From: Penicillus capitatus
Taxonomy: Eukaryota > Plantae > Chlorophyta
Assembly (NCBI GenBank): GCA_965649825.1
Contig: OZ287705.1
Span: 62,001-126,000 of the forward strand
Direction: 5' to 3'
DNA: 64,000 nt
Shown: positions 24,700-36,406 of the stretch, in pieces
Numbering within the stretch: the stretch's first letter is position 1
Layout: every line of letters starts with the position of its first letter
Notes under the pieces: model-generated
The model's input: only the letters and a program-made list of their open reading frames with translations
Database searches by the model: none
Told to the model about the DNA's origin: nothing
Program-made: the position numbers and the translations under genes

Positions 24700-27114
24700 A
24701 TGCATCCTGGATTTCCCAGCACAGGTTAGTGTCCCAACCGCCACATGCGTTGTCGCTACGTTGCACGTGTAAGTGGATGTCCGTCTTTATCTAGGCAATA
24801 GCAGCAGACAAGACAGTGGACGAGGAAGAAGAGACAGATTCTCAGCCGAAGGCTCGGTGCAGCGACGGAGATGTTCCCATGAGGCATCGTCGACAACACA
24901 TACGCCAACGAGGCGGCAGAGATTGCTCGGCTCCGTGGACAGACGGCTTCGGTCATTTCGCCCGCGTCCGCTTTTTGCGTATCGACGCACGACCCGCATC
25001 TCGCGGAACGTGCTTGATACGCGAGAAACGGCGGGCGCAACCGAAACCGCAGCCACCCAAGCGATCTCTTCGGGCAGAGCGCGAGCCACTTCAGGTCGAC
25101 TTCTAACACGACCAGTGCAGCAAACTGAACGCGCTCTGTGCAGAAACTGAAGAAGCTGGCGAACTTGGCGCATCCTCTACGCTAACCGACGTCGGTCCGC
25201 CCGAACGCCGAACAGAGGTGAGGCAGCATACATAACCCTTGCCTTGTTGACATGACGTCGCGGTCCAGGCGCACTCCGCGATGTCCATGCGACAACCCGT
25301 CGATCCACCAGCAGTCGCCGAGTCCGCCGTCGAACTGGATCCGCTCGTCGGCGGAGCGGTCTTCGCCGAGAGGTGACGCCCGTGCATCCTACCGGCACTT
25401 TACACGGTGGATCCCTCTGCGGCCTGCAGGTACACCGTCGACGAGGAGAAGCCTCGAGGGCAATCCCACTGTCGCTACGCGACGGACCTGGTCACGTCGC
25501 AGCGCGTATTGCTGAAGTTCTACTTCGGACCTTCTCACGAATGGATGAACGCGATCCGAGTCCACCGCTTCACGCACCAGAGCAAATACGTCTGCAAGTA
25601 ATGCCTGCCCTTCGAATGCCATCCGATGCGCCTGCGTTGTCTCCCAGGCTGCTGAACGTCGTCGAAGAGGCAGACGGTCTGCCTCTCTGCCTCGTCTTGG
25701 AGAGAGGCAACTATTCGCTGGCGGATCGCCTGTCCGCCAGACATCCGAACCCCATGGAGCAGCGCGCGATCCTCTACTCGGTTTGCCGCCTTTCGTCTTC
25801 GATGCCGGTCTGCACGCTCAGTCTTATGGCGTAGGTGCTCGAGGCATTGGATAACCTTCACGGTCAGGGCATCTATCACGGAACTCTCCACCCGTCGAAC
25901 ATCATGTGGTTCTCGTCGGACTTCACCTGGAAGCTCATCGATCTGGACTACGCTTCGCGTTCCCAGGAACTGGCAGTCGTCCCTCCCCACATCACTCGCT
26001 ACGCCGCACCTGAAATGGCTCTGGCGTACCAGCAACGCAAGACGCATGTGAAGCTGAGCTACGGCGCCGACATGTGGGTCGTCGGCATCATCGCCTTCGA
26101 AATGTTCACCTGTGCGTGCACCACCATCCCCCGTCCCTGAAGTTCAACTCACGTCGCTCCTGTCTAGGCTCTCGAGTCTTCGACTCCGCCAAGCTCCGCG
26201 AGCACATACGCTCGAGACTGGCAGACCAGTCTCCTGACCAGGAAGGCGCCTCGCCTCGCTGGCTCTCCGCCGACCGCAGGGGGAGATCGGCCTTCAGCGA
26301 CGAGGAGCAGTGTCTGCTGTTCGTCCAGGCCTTCTTCCGTCTCGATCCAAGCACCAGACAGACGGCGACCGGGGCACTGGCGGACAGAATCTTCCGATCG
26401 GTGACGGATGCCTACCAACGCATCGACGTCCTCGAGTCGGTACGTCGCCAGATGATGCTGTCGTCTCCGTCACGTCGTCGGTGCTTGCAGCTGCACTCGG
26501 ATGGAAGACTGAGGCTCGGCGACGTCTGCCAGTGGCCAGAGTGGACCTGGTCGCCGATACTGAACGAGCACACAGCAGTGACGCTCCACGTCGAGTGCTT
26601 TCTCAGATCGAGCAGCGCCGCGACGCCCTTCCATCTGAGGAACGCGCAGGAAGCCTTGCGATTCTACGACGACTATCTGCCGGAGAATCCAGTTCACATC
26701 CTGCGCCGCCGGCAGGATACAAGGCTGCGCGTCTGCATAACGCCGGACGAGGAGTTGCCCTTTCCGATCGAGGGCGTCGCCTCTGTTCGCGTGGGACTGC
26801 CCGACGAGGACTTTGTGGAGTTGGAGGTGGTCCAGAATCTCCGCGGGAGGACGGTCGAAGCCATGGCGCTGCTTCAGCCCTCCAAGTTTCGCTCTCGCAG
26901 CCTGCACGTCATCTCGCCGCACTTCGGCCCCGTCGATCAGAAGTACGTAAAACTGACTGTACAGATTCGAATTTTTTTGGGTCACCCGTTTCGAAGAGAA
27001 GTCGATCTCTATCGACTCATCTACGGCAAAATCATCCGTTCCAGCAATCGCCTGCGATTTCACCGAATGGTCCGAATGTTCGAGAATCAGACAGAGTACA
27101 ACGCCTCTGCCTGA
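24700..27114 (+). CDS. Pseudokinase + C-terminal beta-domain protein, family member C (5' end uncertain)
   Basis: …VFAER|YTVDEE…QRVLLKFY…YVCK|LLNVVEEADGLPLCLVLERGN…YS|VLEALDNLHGQGIYHGTLHPSNIMWF…KLIDLDY…YAAPE…ADMWVVGIIAFEMFT…; C-terminus …VDQKYVKLTVQIRIFLGHPFRREVDLYRLIYGKII…. HRD is HGT. Confidence 0.82.
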
Positions 27115-27538
27115 TCCGCTCCCGCATAAATGCTCTCGATGAGCCTCGTTTTCATCGATCAAGGGGCCAAGAGGGAGCATCATCCATCGGTGTCCGAAGA
27201 AAGAGAGCTCGACTCAGCTTTTGCGGCACAGCGAACGGAATGCGGCGATTGTTGCCCGTTTTTGAAAAGAATAAAGCCGGAAGTGCCAAGTATTGATTTC
27301 TCATTGTTTCTCCGCAACACTAACAAGGTCATCGAAATCTGCTTGCTCTTCCCACTTCGGGGTCTGTCCGATTTTTGCCAGACGGACGAACGGATTCGAC
27401 TCGATTAGACAATCACAATCTCTTGATAGACGTAACCCCAGTGAGCACCCCATAAGTGCCAATTTGTCGCCAGGAAGTGTAGATTAATTGTGAACAATAC
27501 AGGTCCTATGAGAAGTGTTTGTTTGATTGTAACTGATC

Positions 27539-27600
27539 TGGAACGGAACGGAACGGAACGGACAGGAATAGAATACACCTAGAATGAAAGTGAAGTGATC
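27539..27600. repeat. (GGAAC)4 microsatellite grading into degenerate 5-mer periodic sequence
   Basis: GGAACGGAACGGAACGGAACGGACAGGAATAGAATACACCTAGAATGAAAGTGAAGTG. Confidence 0.7.
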
Positions 27601-29403
27601 TGTGATGTAAAGTGTAATCGGGATTCCGTCCACCGTCACATCTGTAAACTCTATTGCAATCTGTCGAGTGTATTTCGATTGGCAAGATTGGCTCAACGAT
27701 TGTACATTCATCTATCGTCCAAACAGACCGATGCTTTTGTCCAACAGACCGTTCGTTTCCTTCCACTTTGCTTCTGAACGCTCCTCCAAGATGGCCCTGT
27801 CTACATGCTGCGAAGCGGCGAGCGTTTTCCTCTCCGTATCGGTCTCTCCCGCGATCCCCGACTGCAAACTTTAATTGACAAGGTCACATCGGTCAGGGCA
27901 AAGGCGCCGGATGCCGAGGCGTTTTCACTCGATATCGTTCCGTCCAGCATCAACGGCGCCCTCAGCGCCGTCGTTTTTTGATCGAATACTGACGCCATCG
28001 CACCGGCTCAATTCGGTCCCACTGCTTTGGACTAACGGACAGAGATGTGTAAGAGTCGATGCATGTATCAGGGTTCAGTTGCATAGCAGTTGCTTAACGT
28101 GTTGGATCTCCCTGACTGTCTCTACTGTAAAAGTGGCCTGTATATCCTAATAGCGCTCTCATGCTGCACAAGTTCATCCGTACAACCGTCGCGAAAGAAG
28201 AAAGCAACGCAGGACAGTGGAAGAGATTCCAATAGTCTAGAAGGGGAGAGAATTCATGCGCCTTCCGTTAAAGATGCGGCGTTCGGCATCGTGCTTGTAA
28301 TTCGTTTATATATCTACAGAGTACTGGAAGTCGTTCGGGATCACACGCCACTGGATTGTTCATTTGCAGATGACGTTGCTGTCTTTCAAGGTATTGTACA
28401 TTTTAATGGCGGTCTCCAATCTTGAAGATGTCGCCGAATAGAATCTGTAGCAAATGGGATGCCCCGTCAAGCGATCACTTTCCATAAACCACTCTGTATT
28501 TATGTATTGACCCAAGGTTTTACAAGGAATCTGTCTCAAAGTGCAGTGCAGACGGAGGGCAGATAGCGAGTAAAGGGGTTTTACCGACCATCGACGGACA
28601 GAACCCTCTTCCGTCGGTTTTCGTGTTGCATTTCCGACGTCTCGTTATTATCGAGAAGCGCAGTGTTCACCACGGCAATTGCATATTCCTGTTTTCAGGA
28701 CCGACGTCGATGATTGTTTGCATGAAGTGCCTGTTTCGACTGTAAGGACCCCACTCCCGCCGGATTCATGCGGAGCGTTTTTCGCGCACGTCGGTGCTTC
28801 AGAACGAACTTGTTTTCGTTCACGGGATAGATCTTCAAGAGTCGCAAAATGATTTGCAACAAAACACGACAATGGTTGTTCTTATCGTTCGCTCTTCGTT
28901 GTCGTCCTTTTCTATGCCAGCACATCAGACGCATGGCTGATTCTCAACGACTAACTTCGTTTTCAGACCTCGGGCATTGCCGATCGCGCATCACATACTG
29001 TACTTTAATGGCTGCATAACTGTAGATCGTTCATTCTTCGCAGCTGTTCCCCATTATCCCATTTTTGGTTCATCTCACTGCAGGGCCTTAAGAAAGTCGC
29101 CGAGCTGTGACTCTGATCGTTTCGGATGCTGGCTGTAACGCAGATCTATCCATTTTTGCAACAACTGGAGAATCTCCCAGAAATCGATCGTCTTTATGAC
29201 GGCAGACGGTCTTCCGGCCAGATACAAGTGGAATCTAAATGTGTTCCTTCGAATGAACGCAGTCCTGTTCTCGACAGAGAGGTGCCTATGTATATATCAC
29301 CTGTCTATCGTCTACGCGATACTGTAACAGATATTTGACACACACCAACGATTCCCTGCATTAAAATGTCACTGTTTCGTAACATCTGCCAAAATAGAGC
29401 ATC

Positions 29404-31098
29404 TCAAATCAGCTGCAAAGCACGCAAGTGTTCTTGAATCGCTTCATTTGGTTCCACTTTCGCTTCTTTCATGTAGTTATAAACTGTTTTCGCATTTTTC
29501 GCGTCGCCTTTCCTAGCACAGTATGCCATCACCGTCTCATACGGACCTTCGGTCGGCGTAATCTCCTCATTCCTTTGCATAGCGATTCGCACAGCCTTCA
29601 GCACCTGCACGGCAGAGTCCACACGGTCATGATCCAGTGCCAGCCGGATCATAGAATCCGTCATGCTGACCGACGGCCAATAATTCTTCGAAGTAAAACC
29701 ATTCCAGCACTGAAGCGCACATTTGACATCGGATGCCTTGAGGCACATGGCAAACCATATCCTGTAGCCACGGTCCGACAATAAGATACCCGACGATCTC
29801 ATCGGGCTTACCACCTCAGATACCTTCTTCATAGCCTCTTCCTGAGAATAGGTGCCATTCTCCCACAGACGCTGAACAATCTCTAACTGCGCAGCGAAGT
29901 TCTCTCCGTTACGGCCAATGTCATCTATGTCCTTCCCAGGCAGCTTTGACAATAAACTCAATGCCGTGGTCAAATTTCCTTTTTGCTCAAAGAGGTGTAT
30001 GATGCTTCTGAATGTAATGCTGTTCGGTTTCAGCTTGAGCTCCTTCATGCGATCAAGACAGTAGGCAATACAGGTCTCAAGCTCATTGTCTGTTAACTCC
30101 ACATCTGCCAGCGTTTGAATAAGAAAATCAAAGGAGGGACGAGTGTGTGTTCTATTGTCTCTGACCGATTTCTTCAAGTAACCCAGCGCCTCATTCGACC
30201 GTCCAAGTTTACCGAACAGTTTGATCAGAGGCAAGTAGGTAAACGCGTCAGGTTTCATCTTTTTCGATTTCATCGATGACACGATGAGCTTGCATTCTTC
30301 CAAGTACATCGCGCCAGTGGCACTGTCGACGTTTTCGGCATAGACCGCTAACATGGAATTGAAGCCTCGTAAATGTTCTCCAAACTTCGTGACGAGTTCA
30401 TCAAATGTCTCTTTCGCACGATTCACGTCTTTCCCTTTGCTGCAGACACTGATCAGCGAACGATACGTCACTGGATCTGGTGGGATCTTATAGTTTTTCT
30501 GCATCTGGTGAAAAATCTCGAATGCAGCGTCAACATCGCCAGTGTTTGCATAGGCGTGGATGATGGTATTGAAAAGCAACCTGTCTGGTTTCAACCTTGA
30601 CGCCAGGATATCGTCAAAAACCCGTTTCGCCATGTCCACGTTGTTCATCCGTATACAAGCTATCATAACATCCAGATAGATCGTCCTGTCGATCAAGACA
30701 CCGAGAGACTTCATTTCCCCGAAGAGATCCAGGATGTGAGAGTAGGAGCGGAAACGTGACAGTCGTCGTATTTCACGACCGTAGCTAGCTGTGAGTTTCG
30801 GTAGACGGTATTTCTTACGCATGAAATCATCGTCCACCTCTTGATGCTCCTCTAGGGCGTCATGAAACCCACGGCGTTGCGTCACGCCTGTCCAGCAGAG
30901 CGCCGTCTTGACATCGACGCTCTTTGGCATGGGGGATGGGCATCTGCGTGAAGCAGGGTAAAAAGAACCGATCGGTGAAACGGCAGATCTGGCCGGGGGA
31001 ACGCCGTCAGTGTCTGGAAGCGTCGGAACGACGGCGACGAAACGCGAATGAAAGAGCCAACGCCCGACGCTGGCGTAGTTTCGCGCAGAGCGGCGCAT
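29404..31098 (-). CDS. Pentatricopeptide repeat (PPR) protein, 564 aa, intronless
   Basis: Uninterrupted ORF with ~35-aa helical repeats (…PDRLLFNTIIHAYANTGDVDAAFEIFHQMQ…, …PDPVTYRSLISVCSKGKDVNRAKETFDEL…, …PNSITFRSIIHLF…). Arg/Ser-rich N-terminus resembles an organelle targeting peptide. Confidence 0.93.
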   Translation of the reverse strand: MRRSARNYASVGRWLFHSRFVAVVPTLPDTDGVPPARSAVSPIGSFYPASRRCPSPMPKSVDVKTALCWTGVTQRRGFHDALEEHQEVDDDFMRKKYRLPKLTASYGREIRRLSRFRSYSHILDLFGEMKSLGVLIDRTIYLDVMIACIRMNNVDMAKRVFDDILASRLKPDRLLFNTIIHAYANTGDVDAAFEIFHQMQKNYKIPPDPVTYRSLISVCSKGKDVNRAKETFDELVTKFGEHLRGFNSMLAVYAENVDSATGAMYLEECKLIVSSMKSKKMKPDAFTYLPLIKLFGKLGRSNEALGYLKKSVRDNRTHTRPSFDFLIQTLADVELTDNELETCIAYCLDRMKELKLKPNSITFRSIIHLFEQKGNLTTALSLLSKLPGKDIDDIGRNGENFAAQLEIVQRLWENGTYSQEEAMKKVSEVVSPMRSSGILLSDRGYRIWFAMCLKASDVKCALQCWNGFTSKNYWPSVSMTDSMIRLALDHDRVDSAVQVLKAVRIAMQRNEEITPTEGPYETVMAYCARKGDAKNAKTVYNYMKEAKVEPNEAIQEHLRALQLI

Positions 31099-31198
31099 CG
31101 TGGGCGTTTCCTACGTCCTCCGTCAGATGTGACGTACAAAGGCGAGCTGATGCTGATCATTTGTTCGATTTTCTTACTAACGTTTCTGGGTTTCTATT

Positions 31199-31649
31199 GA
31201 TGATAGGTGAAGGTGCCAAGCAACGGGTAAAAGTGCTAAAGATTCCTGACAAGAAACTGTCAAAGACGGTCGGGGCTCAGAAGGCAAAACTCGCACAGAT
31301 GGAGCTGAGAATCGAGGCGATGGAAGCCAGGCCGCGAGGAAGCAGAATACATCGCCCGCAAGCGCAACACCGAGCGCGCGAGTTCCTCTCTGAAGATGAA
31401 GATCGACGAAGCGGAGATCGCGTGCGAAGGGAGCAGACTGCAGAAGGAAGTGGACCGTTCGCGAAGGAAGGCCAAAAAGCTGAGATAGCGGCTGAACCAG
31501 CTGAACGTGGAGATGGAGGGGGCGAAGCGCACGAGCAACAACCGCGAAGGAGACCTAGAAGAGCAGAAGCAGCCCAACGGCTACCTCCAAGGAGTATTCT
31601 GTGTGAGCAGGATGTTCACATGGTGACTGGTGATGTGACAGATGTGTAA
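31199..31649 (+). pseudogene. Degenerate coiled-coil coding remnant, divergently oriented from the PPR gene
   Basis: Heptad-like frames (…LAQMELRIEAMEA; SLKMKIDEAEIACEGSRLQKEVDRSRRKAKKLR*RLNQLNVEME) broken by a frame change and an in-frame TAG. Confidence 0.35.
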
Positions 31650-34089
31650 CTTTAGGAAACAGCACAAGCCTACGCGAAGTCCCAGGCTCAGAACAAAGAG
31701 CTTATGAAAGGAATTGTGGCCCCACGTCGGTGGGCCGTCAACGACGCGGAGCTCGACGCCGCGGGAACGAGACGGATGAAACGCGCGAGCACCGTGTTGC
31801 TCACATTGCGTCATAGGCGACAGTTGACTGTCATGCGGTGCCATCGTCCGACGCGACGTTTGCATACGCCCGCAGAGACCAAGATTAAAGCAGTTCTGTC
31901 CATGCTGCAGGTTGCGGTCTTGATGGCTTCCTCTTCCCCAAGTGCCTATCGCGGCTCGTCAGCAACACCGACTTCTCCGGCTTCCGACGCTGCGAAGAGC
32001 GACCGACCGCCATCGGGCAGTCGCGCGTCGCGCGTCCCTTCACGCATTCTTTACTCCGTCTGTGACCCTCCGGCCGCACCCAATCGCGATTTGCACATCG
32101 GCGGATCGTCCTGTTCGAACGTCGACGACGCCACGGTGTAGCGCTGACGTCGTCCGACATTGTGCGGATTCACACTGGCGAATTCCATTTCATACGCCGT
32201 CATCTCTCTCGTCTCCACGCCACCGTCCGGTGACAGTGTCGTTCGCCTCAACCTAAGAAGAAAGTCATAGCGACAGGAAAGACACTCGAGATGATTCAGA
32301 GACCGTGGGCCCATGCCGATATCAGGTTCGTAGAGCTCGAAGCCGGACGGCTTCTGATCGGCAGTACGGCCGAACGGGTATGTCGGATAGTGGGTCGCGT
32401 CAACGATCACATGACCGTCCTCTTCGAAGGCGTTGATAAAGTGAAACGAGAAGGTCGTCTCCTCGAGCTGCCGACGAACGTCAGACAGGTCACACAACAA
32501 TGAGACGGTTGGGTAGCATGGTGTGCGTACCTGGTAGACCTTTGGTGCGGCGTCCCTCGGTACATCACCGTCGGGTGATGGACGAGGCAACAGATGAAGC
32601 TGAAACACTCGAGGTTTTCTCGTGTGTCGTCTTTTAATACAGACATCTCACTTCGTGAACGCCGCCATCTTCGAAGACGAATGCGTTTCCAGCGCCGACA
32701 CTCGGATCGAGAAGTTTCTTCATATCCATTCGCATTGGAAACTGGAGATCGAGTGTTGCGAGTGAGGCAATCGTATCGCCGGCTTTACCTTGTTGAAGAC
32801 GTAATAGTTTTCAGTGACGCCGATGGAGTGCAGGAGTGAGAGGTCGTCAAAGGAATACGTCTGTCGAGCACGAACCTTCAGATCTTCGTCAATTTCGCAG
32901 AGGCTGATATCCGTTTGCACAAATGACGAAGAGAGGGTCGGCTACAGAAAAGAACAGCTCAAAGGAAAGTTAAGCGAAATGGATTTTGACCACGTATTGT
33001 GTCATAGACAAGACAGTGACGTCACGTCGCGCATCGTATACAGCGTCGCCGACGCCGAAAACGGAATCAGCATCCAGATGACGGCAACCTAGAACGATTG
33101 GATACTTCATTAGCGCTAATGCCATGTACCAAACGAGAAGGAATCGCGAGAGCCTCATTGGAATTCTGTGGGGGAGAGAACAACTGCTTCATGCCGAGAT
33201 GCCATACAGTAGAAAAAACATCTTGCTTCGATCGCGGATCGATCGTCCTCAGTGTGTAAGGGTCGAGTACCGTCAAATAGGCACCCTGCAAAGAAAGGCG
33301 TTGCAGAACGACGGCCGCATCACGCAACAGATGACGATACTTCTTGTGGGATGAGTAGTTTGTTTCCTGCCGCAATGGGCATTCCGTTTCCCGGGTTCCT
33401 GGGAAGGAATGACGCGAAAAGCAATGTGCCGTTCTTTGGCACGGATCCGAACACGCCAGTAAACAACCGCCTGCCAGCCTCCTCTTCGATCATAGAACTG
33501 CGTTGCAAGACATGATGCGACTGAGAAGTGCCGCAGGGTCGGCCCTACTGAAGTGTCCGGACAAATCTGGACCGAAAGAAGGCCTTGCCGTCTCGAATGG
33601 CGATGCTTGCGATGATGCCATTCGCGTCGAAGAACGAACGAAACGTCTCGCCCAAGAACTCAATCTCTCCAGGGCCATTCCTATCGCCACGCGTTGGATA
33701 CGAATGGCATGAGAATCGCGTGTCCGCTACCGGAAGTAGGTGCCGCGCAGCTCTGCCGGAAGTTCGCCTTCGACGTTCTCGACCCAGTATCCCTCGGGGC
33801 ATTCTTCGACGGATATGTAAGCGGAGAAGTAGCGCCTAGAAAAGCACAGAACGGTGCGACGACGACGCGTCATTCGGCAGTACTCTATGCAGATGTTTGT
33901 TCGTGCACGCTCGTCCTCCGTTTGTTCCGCCAGAGAGGACGGCGACTGGGGACTCGGACGACTGGTGAAAGTGCATTCGGACGCTTTTGGGATGTCGGCA
34001 ATGCGCTTCGGTGCCCGATTCTTGCGAGAAAAACTGCGCGGAATGCAAAACGTGGTACCAGAGACACTAGCGAGACGAACGGATTTCAT
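31581..34089 (-). CDS. Carotenoid oxygenase / RPE65-family (CCD/ACO-like) protein with transit-peptide-like N-terminus; many introns; 3' end uncertain
   Basis: VEGELPAELRGTYFR|NGPG…FDANGII…DGKAFFRSRFVRT; LLHSIGVTENYYVF; FSFHFINAFEEDGHVIVD; MEFASVNP…GRRQRY are all RPE65/CCD-type motifs. ATG 34089 (MKSVRLASVS…). Confidence 0.82.
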
Positions 34090-35453
34090 GTTAACAGACA
34101 ACGCGAGGGAGAAAGGAATCGACTCTGATCTCAAAATAAGAACTAAAGCTTATGCGATTGGGAAATCGATGTTGAACTCCAGTCATGCTGGTGTCAGCAC
34201 ATGTGGTTCAGGCATTTCGTGCATCCATGATGCATGCCGTAGCTGATGTGACGCGTACCGCTCGAATCGATGCATCTAGTCAAACATCGCTTCAAACGAT
34301 CTTGGCACCGGCTGTGTATCGTCGTGCTGCAGTCTCTGGTCATGTTCCCTTAATTCGCGTTCATGATGACCCCGGAAACCAACGAAGTGGATGATTCGGT
34401 TCGGCGATGTTCATTCGAATATGGAATCGACGTGACTGCCGAGTCGCTCCACATAAGGTAACAAACAATCTCTGCCAACTGGCAACCTTTTCGTCCGATG
34501 GATGTGACTGGTCTCTCATAAACTTGACAGTTCGGCAGAAGAACAAAGAGATCCTCGTTGTCGAACTGCCATCAGACAAGATGTGCTGTCAGGTCATGGA
34601 TACTGGAACCAAGGGTAAAGGAGATGACGTGGACATCTCATGCAAAGATGCAGCGAAGAGCTGGGTGGTGCTCATGACAGTCGAATACGACGAGTTAACA
34701 CGATCCATTGTGTCACATGACGAATGCCATCACAGGAAGACGCTCTGGCATAACATGCGTCTGGCCCCACTCCTGCCAGACGACACTGGTATTCAGCATC
34801 CTGAGAGAGGTTCTAGCAATGCTTCGTCGTGTCCAAGAGATATCCGACAGAAGCCTTTCGATGGTTAGCAGCGTGTGTGGCTGTATGGAATCGCGGTCGT
34901 GGCGATGCGTGGTAACCGTCGTACAAATAAAACCTCCCGCCGACCATTGAGTCGTGTCTTTTCAGTTCGTCTGCTTCGTTCCTCTCCAACCGAGCTCCAG
35001 ACCACTGCGACTTGTGTGCGCACCACCTTCCTGTTGTTCGTGCGTTGGTCTGGCTTCGAAACACGCGTCCCTCAAACCGATCACGGAAGGAGGAGCAGAA
35101 CGCAGTCGGAGGTTTGTCGACGGAGGTCGTCTGTTGTTTTCCGCAGTGCTCCGACCCGCCCGGAGAGAACGACGACGGGCAGTGGAACCACGAGCGTGGA
35201 GGACGACGTGTACTGCGAAGTTTGCGTCCGAAGAAAAGCAAACTCCTAACCGACGCGTCAGAAACCGACGGGTCGTGCGTCGACTCTCCATGCAAGTAGG
35301 CTCTCCTGCGACCGCGCATCGTCTAAGCACGTTTGTTTCTTCAAGGAGGCTCTGAGGCCAATAGATTCCCGAGAGATTGCGATACCGCCCAACGAACAAG
35401 GCGAAAAGGGTATCACCGCGCACAACATCCTCAGGCGAAAAGGGCACCATTAC

Positions 35454-36406
35454 AGTTTCCCTGCCAGCGGCGCCCTCGGGAAATCCACGTGAGCCGAGTT
35501 AGCCATCACACCCAGGGGTCAACGCATGGTTGTGTGTTTCAGATGCAGCTGTCACCTGGCGGTGGCACCTGGCTGAGGCAGCTCTGCGGTGGGATAGGCG
35601 GAGTATGCGTGGACGTGGCGTCGTTCTGAAGCGCTGGGCCCGATCCAAGCCCCTCGCGTTCGGATCTGTCGCCGGTACCTTGAAGGATGCTGGCTTTGGA
35701 GGCCCCCACTCAGGACCCGCATTTCCCTTTTTTCTGTAAGGGTCTCTTGTTAGGGTCTTTTCTTTCGTCCTGAGTGGGTTTTTCATTTCGCCGTGTTAGA
35801 CATTAGTTTTTTATTACTTTGTTAGATCCTGCTCTTTCTGTTCTCCTTTCCGTGTTTAGAGTAAGTAGCCTCTTTCTTGACTGTACATTAATTTTTTTAC
35901 TTTTTCTATGTGTGCTCTGGCGACCTTTCTGTCGCGCTTAATTTTTTCGTGTTTATTGTTTCCCAATTTTATTTTTTCTCATTCCCTGTGCTTGCCTGTT
36001 TGTTACTGTGCTGTCTGGGCTTGAGACCGGCCACCTGCCTTCTTGACTGTGTGTTTCTCTGTTCGTGTTTGACTGCATGTGTGTTTTGCTCTTTTCTGTC
36101 CCTTCCTTGCGTGTTTTTTTATTAGCGTGCGCGCCGCCTTCGCCTCCTTAGCTGGCTCTGCAGGGGGAAAGCACAGTGAAGGTGTGGGGTAAGGCTTTGC
36201 ACGGGTCGGTGTCCCTGTCGTGGATGGTGACAGAAGCGGGCCCTGCAAGCTTTCGCTACCCCCCAGGTCAGATCCCTACCTCTGTCGTAAAGCATGACTC
36301 AATATGTGTGTGTCTGCCACTAGGCTGTGGGTCGGGTCGCCGTCCGCCTCCAATGGACAGCTGGCGATATACTTCACCCGAGGGCGCCGCACGGGCAGTG
36401 GAAACT
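35454..36406. mobile_element. Putative non-autonomous element (~953 bp) with imperfect 27-30-bp terminal inverted repeats and a T-rich core
   Basis: 35454-35480 AGTTTCC-CTGCC-AGCGGCGCCCTCGGG is the near reverse complement of 36377-36406 CCCGAGGGCGCCGCACGGGCAGTGGAAACT (14-bp exact core). 35730-36125 is strongly T-skewed. No TSD found. Confidence 0.45.
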
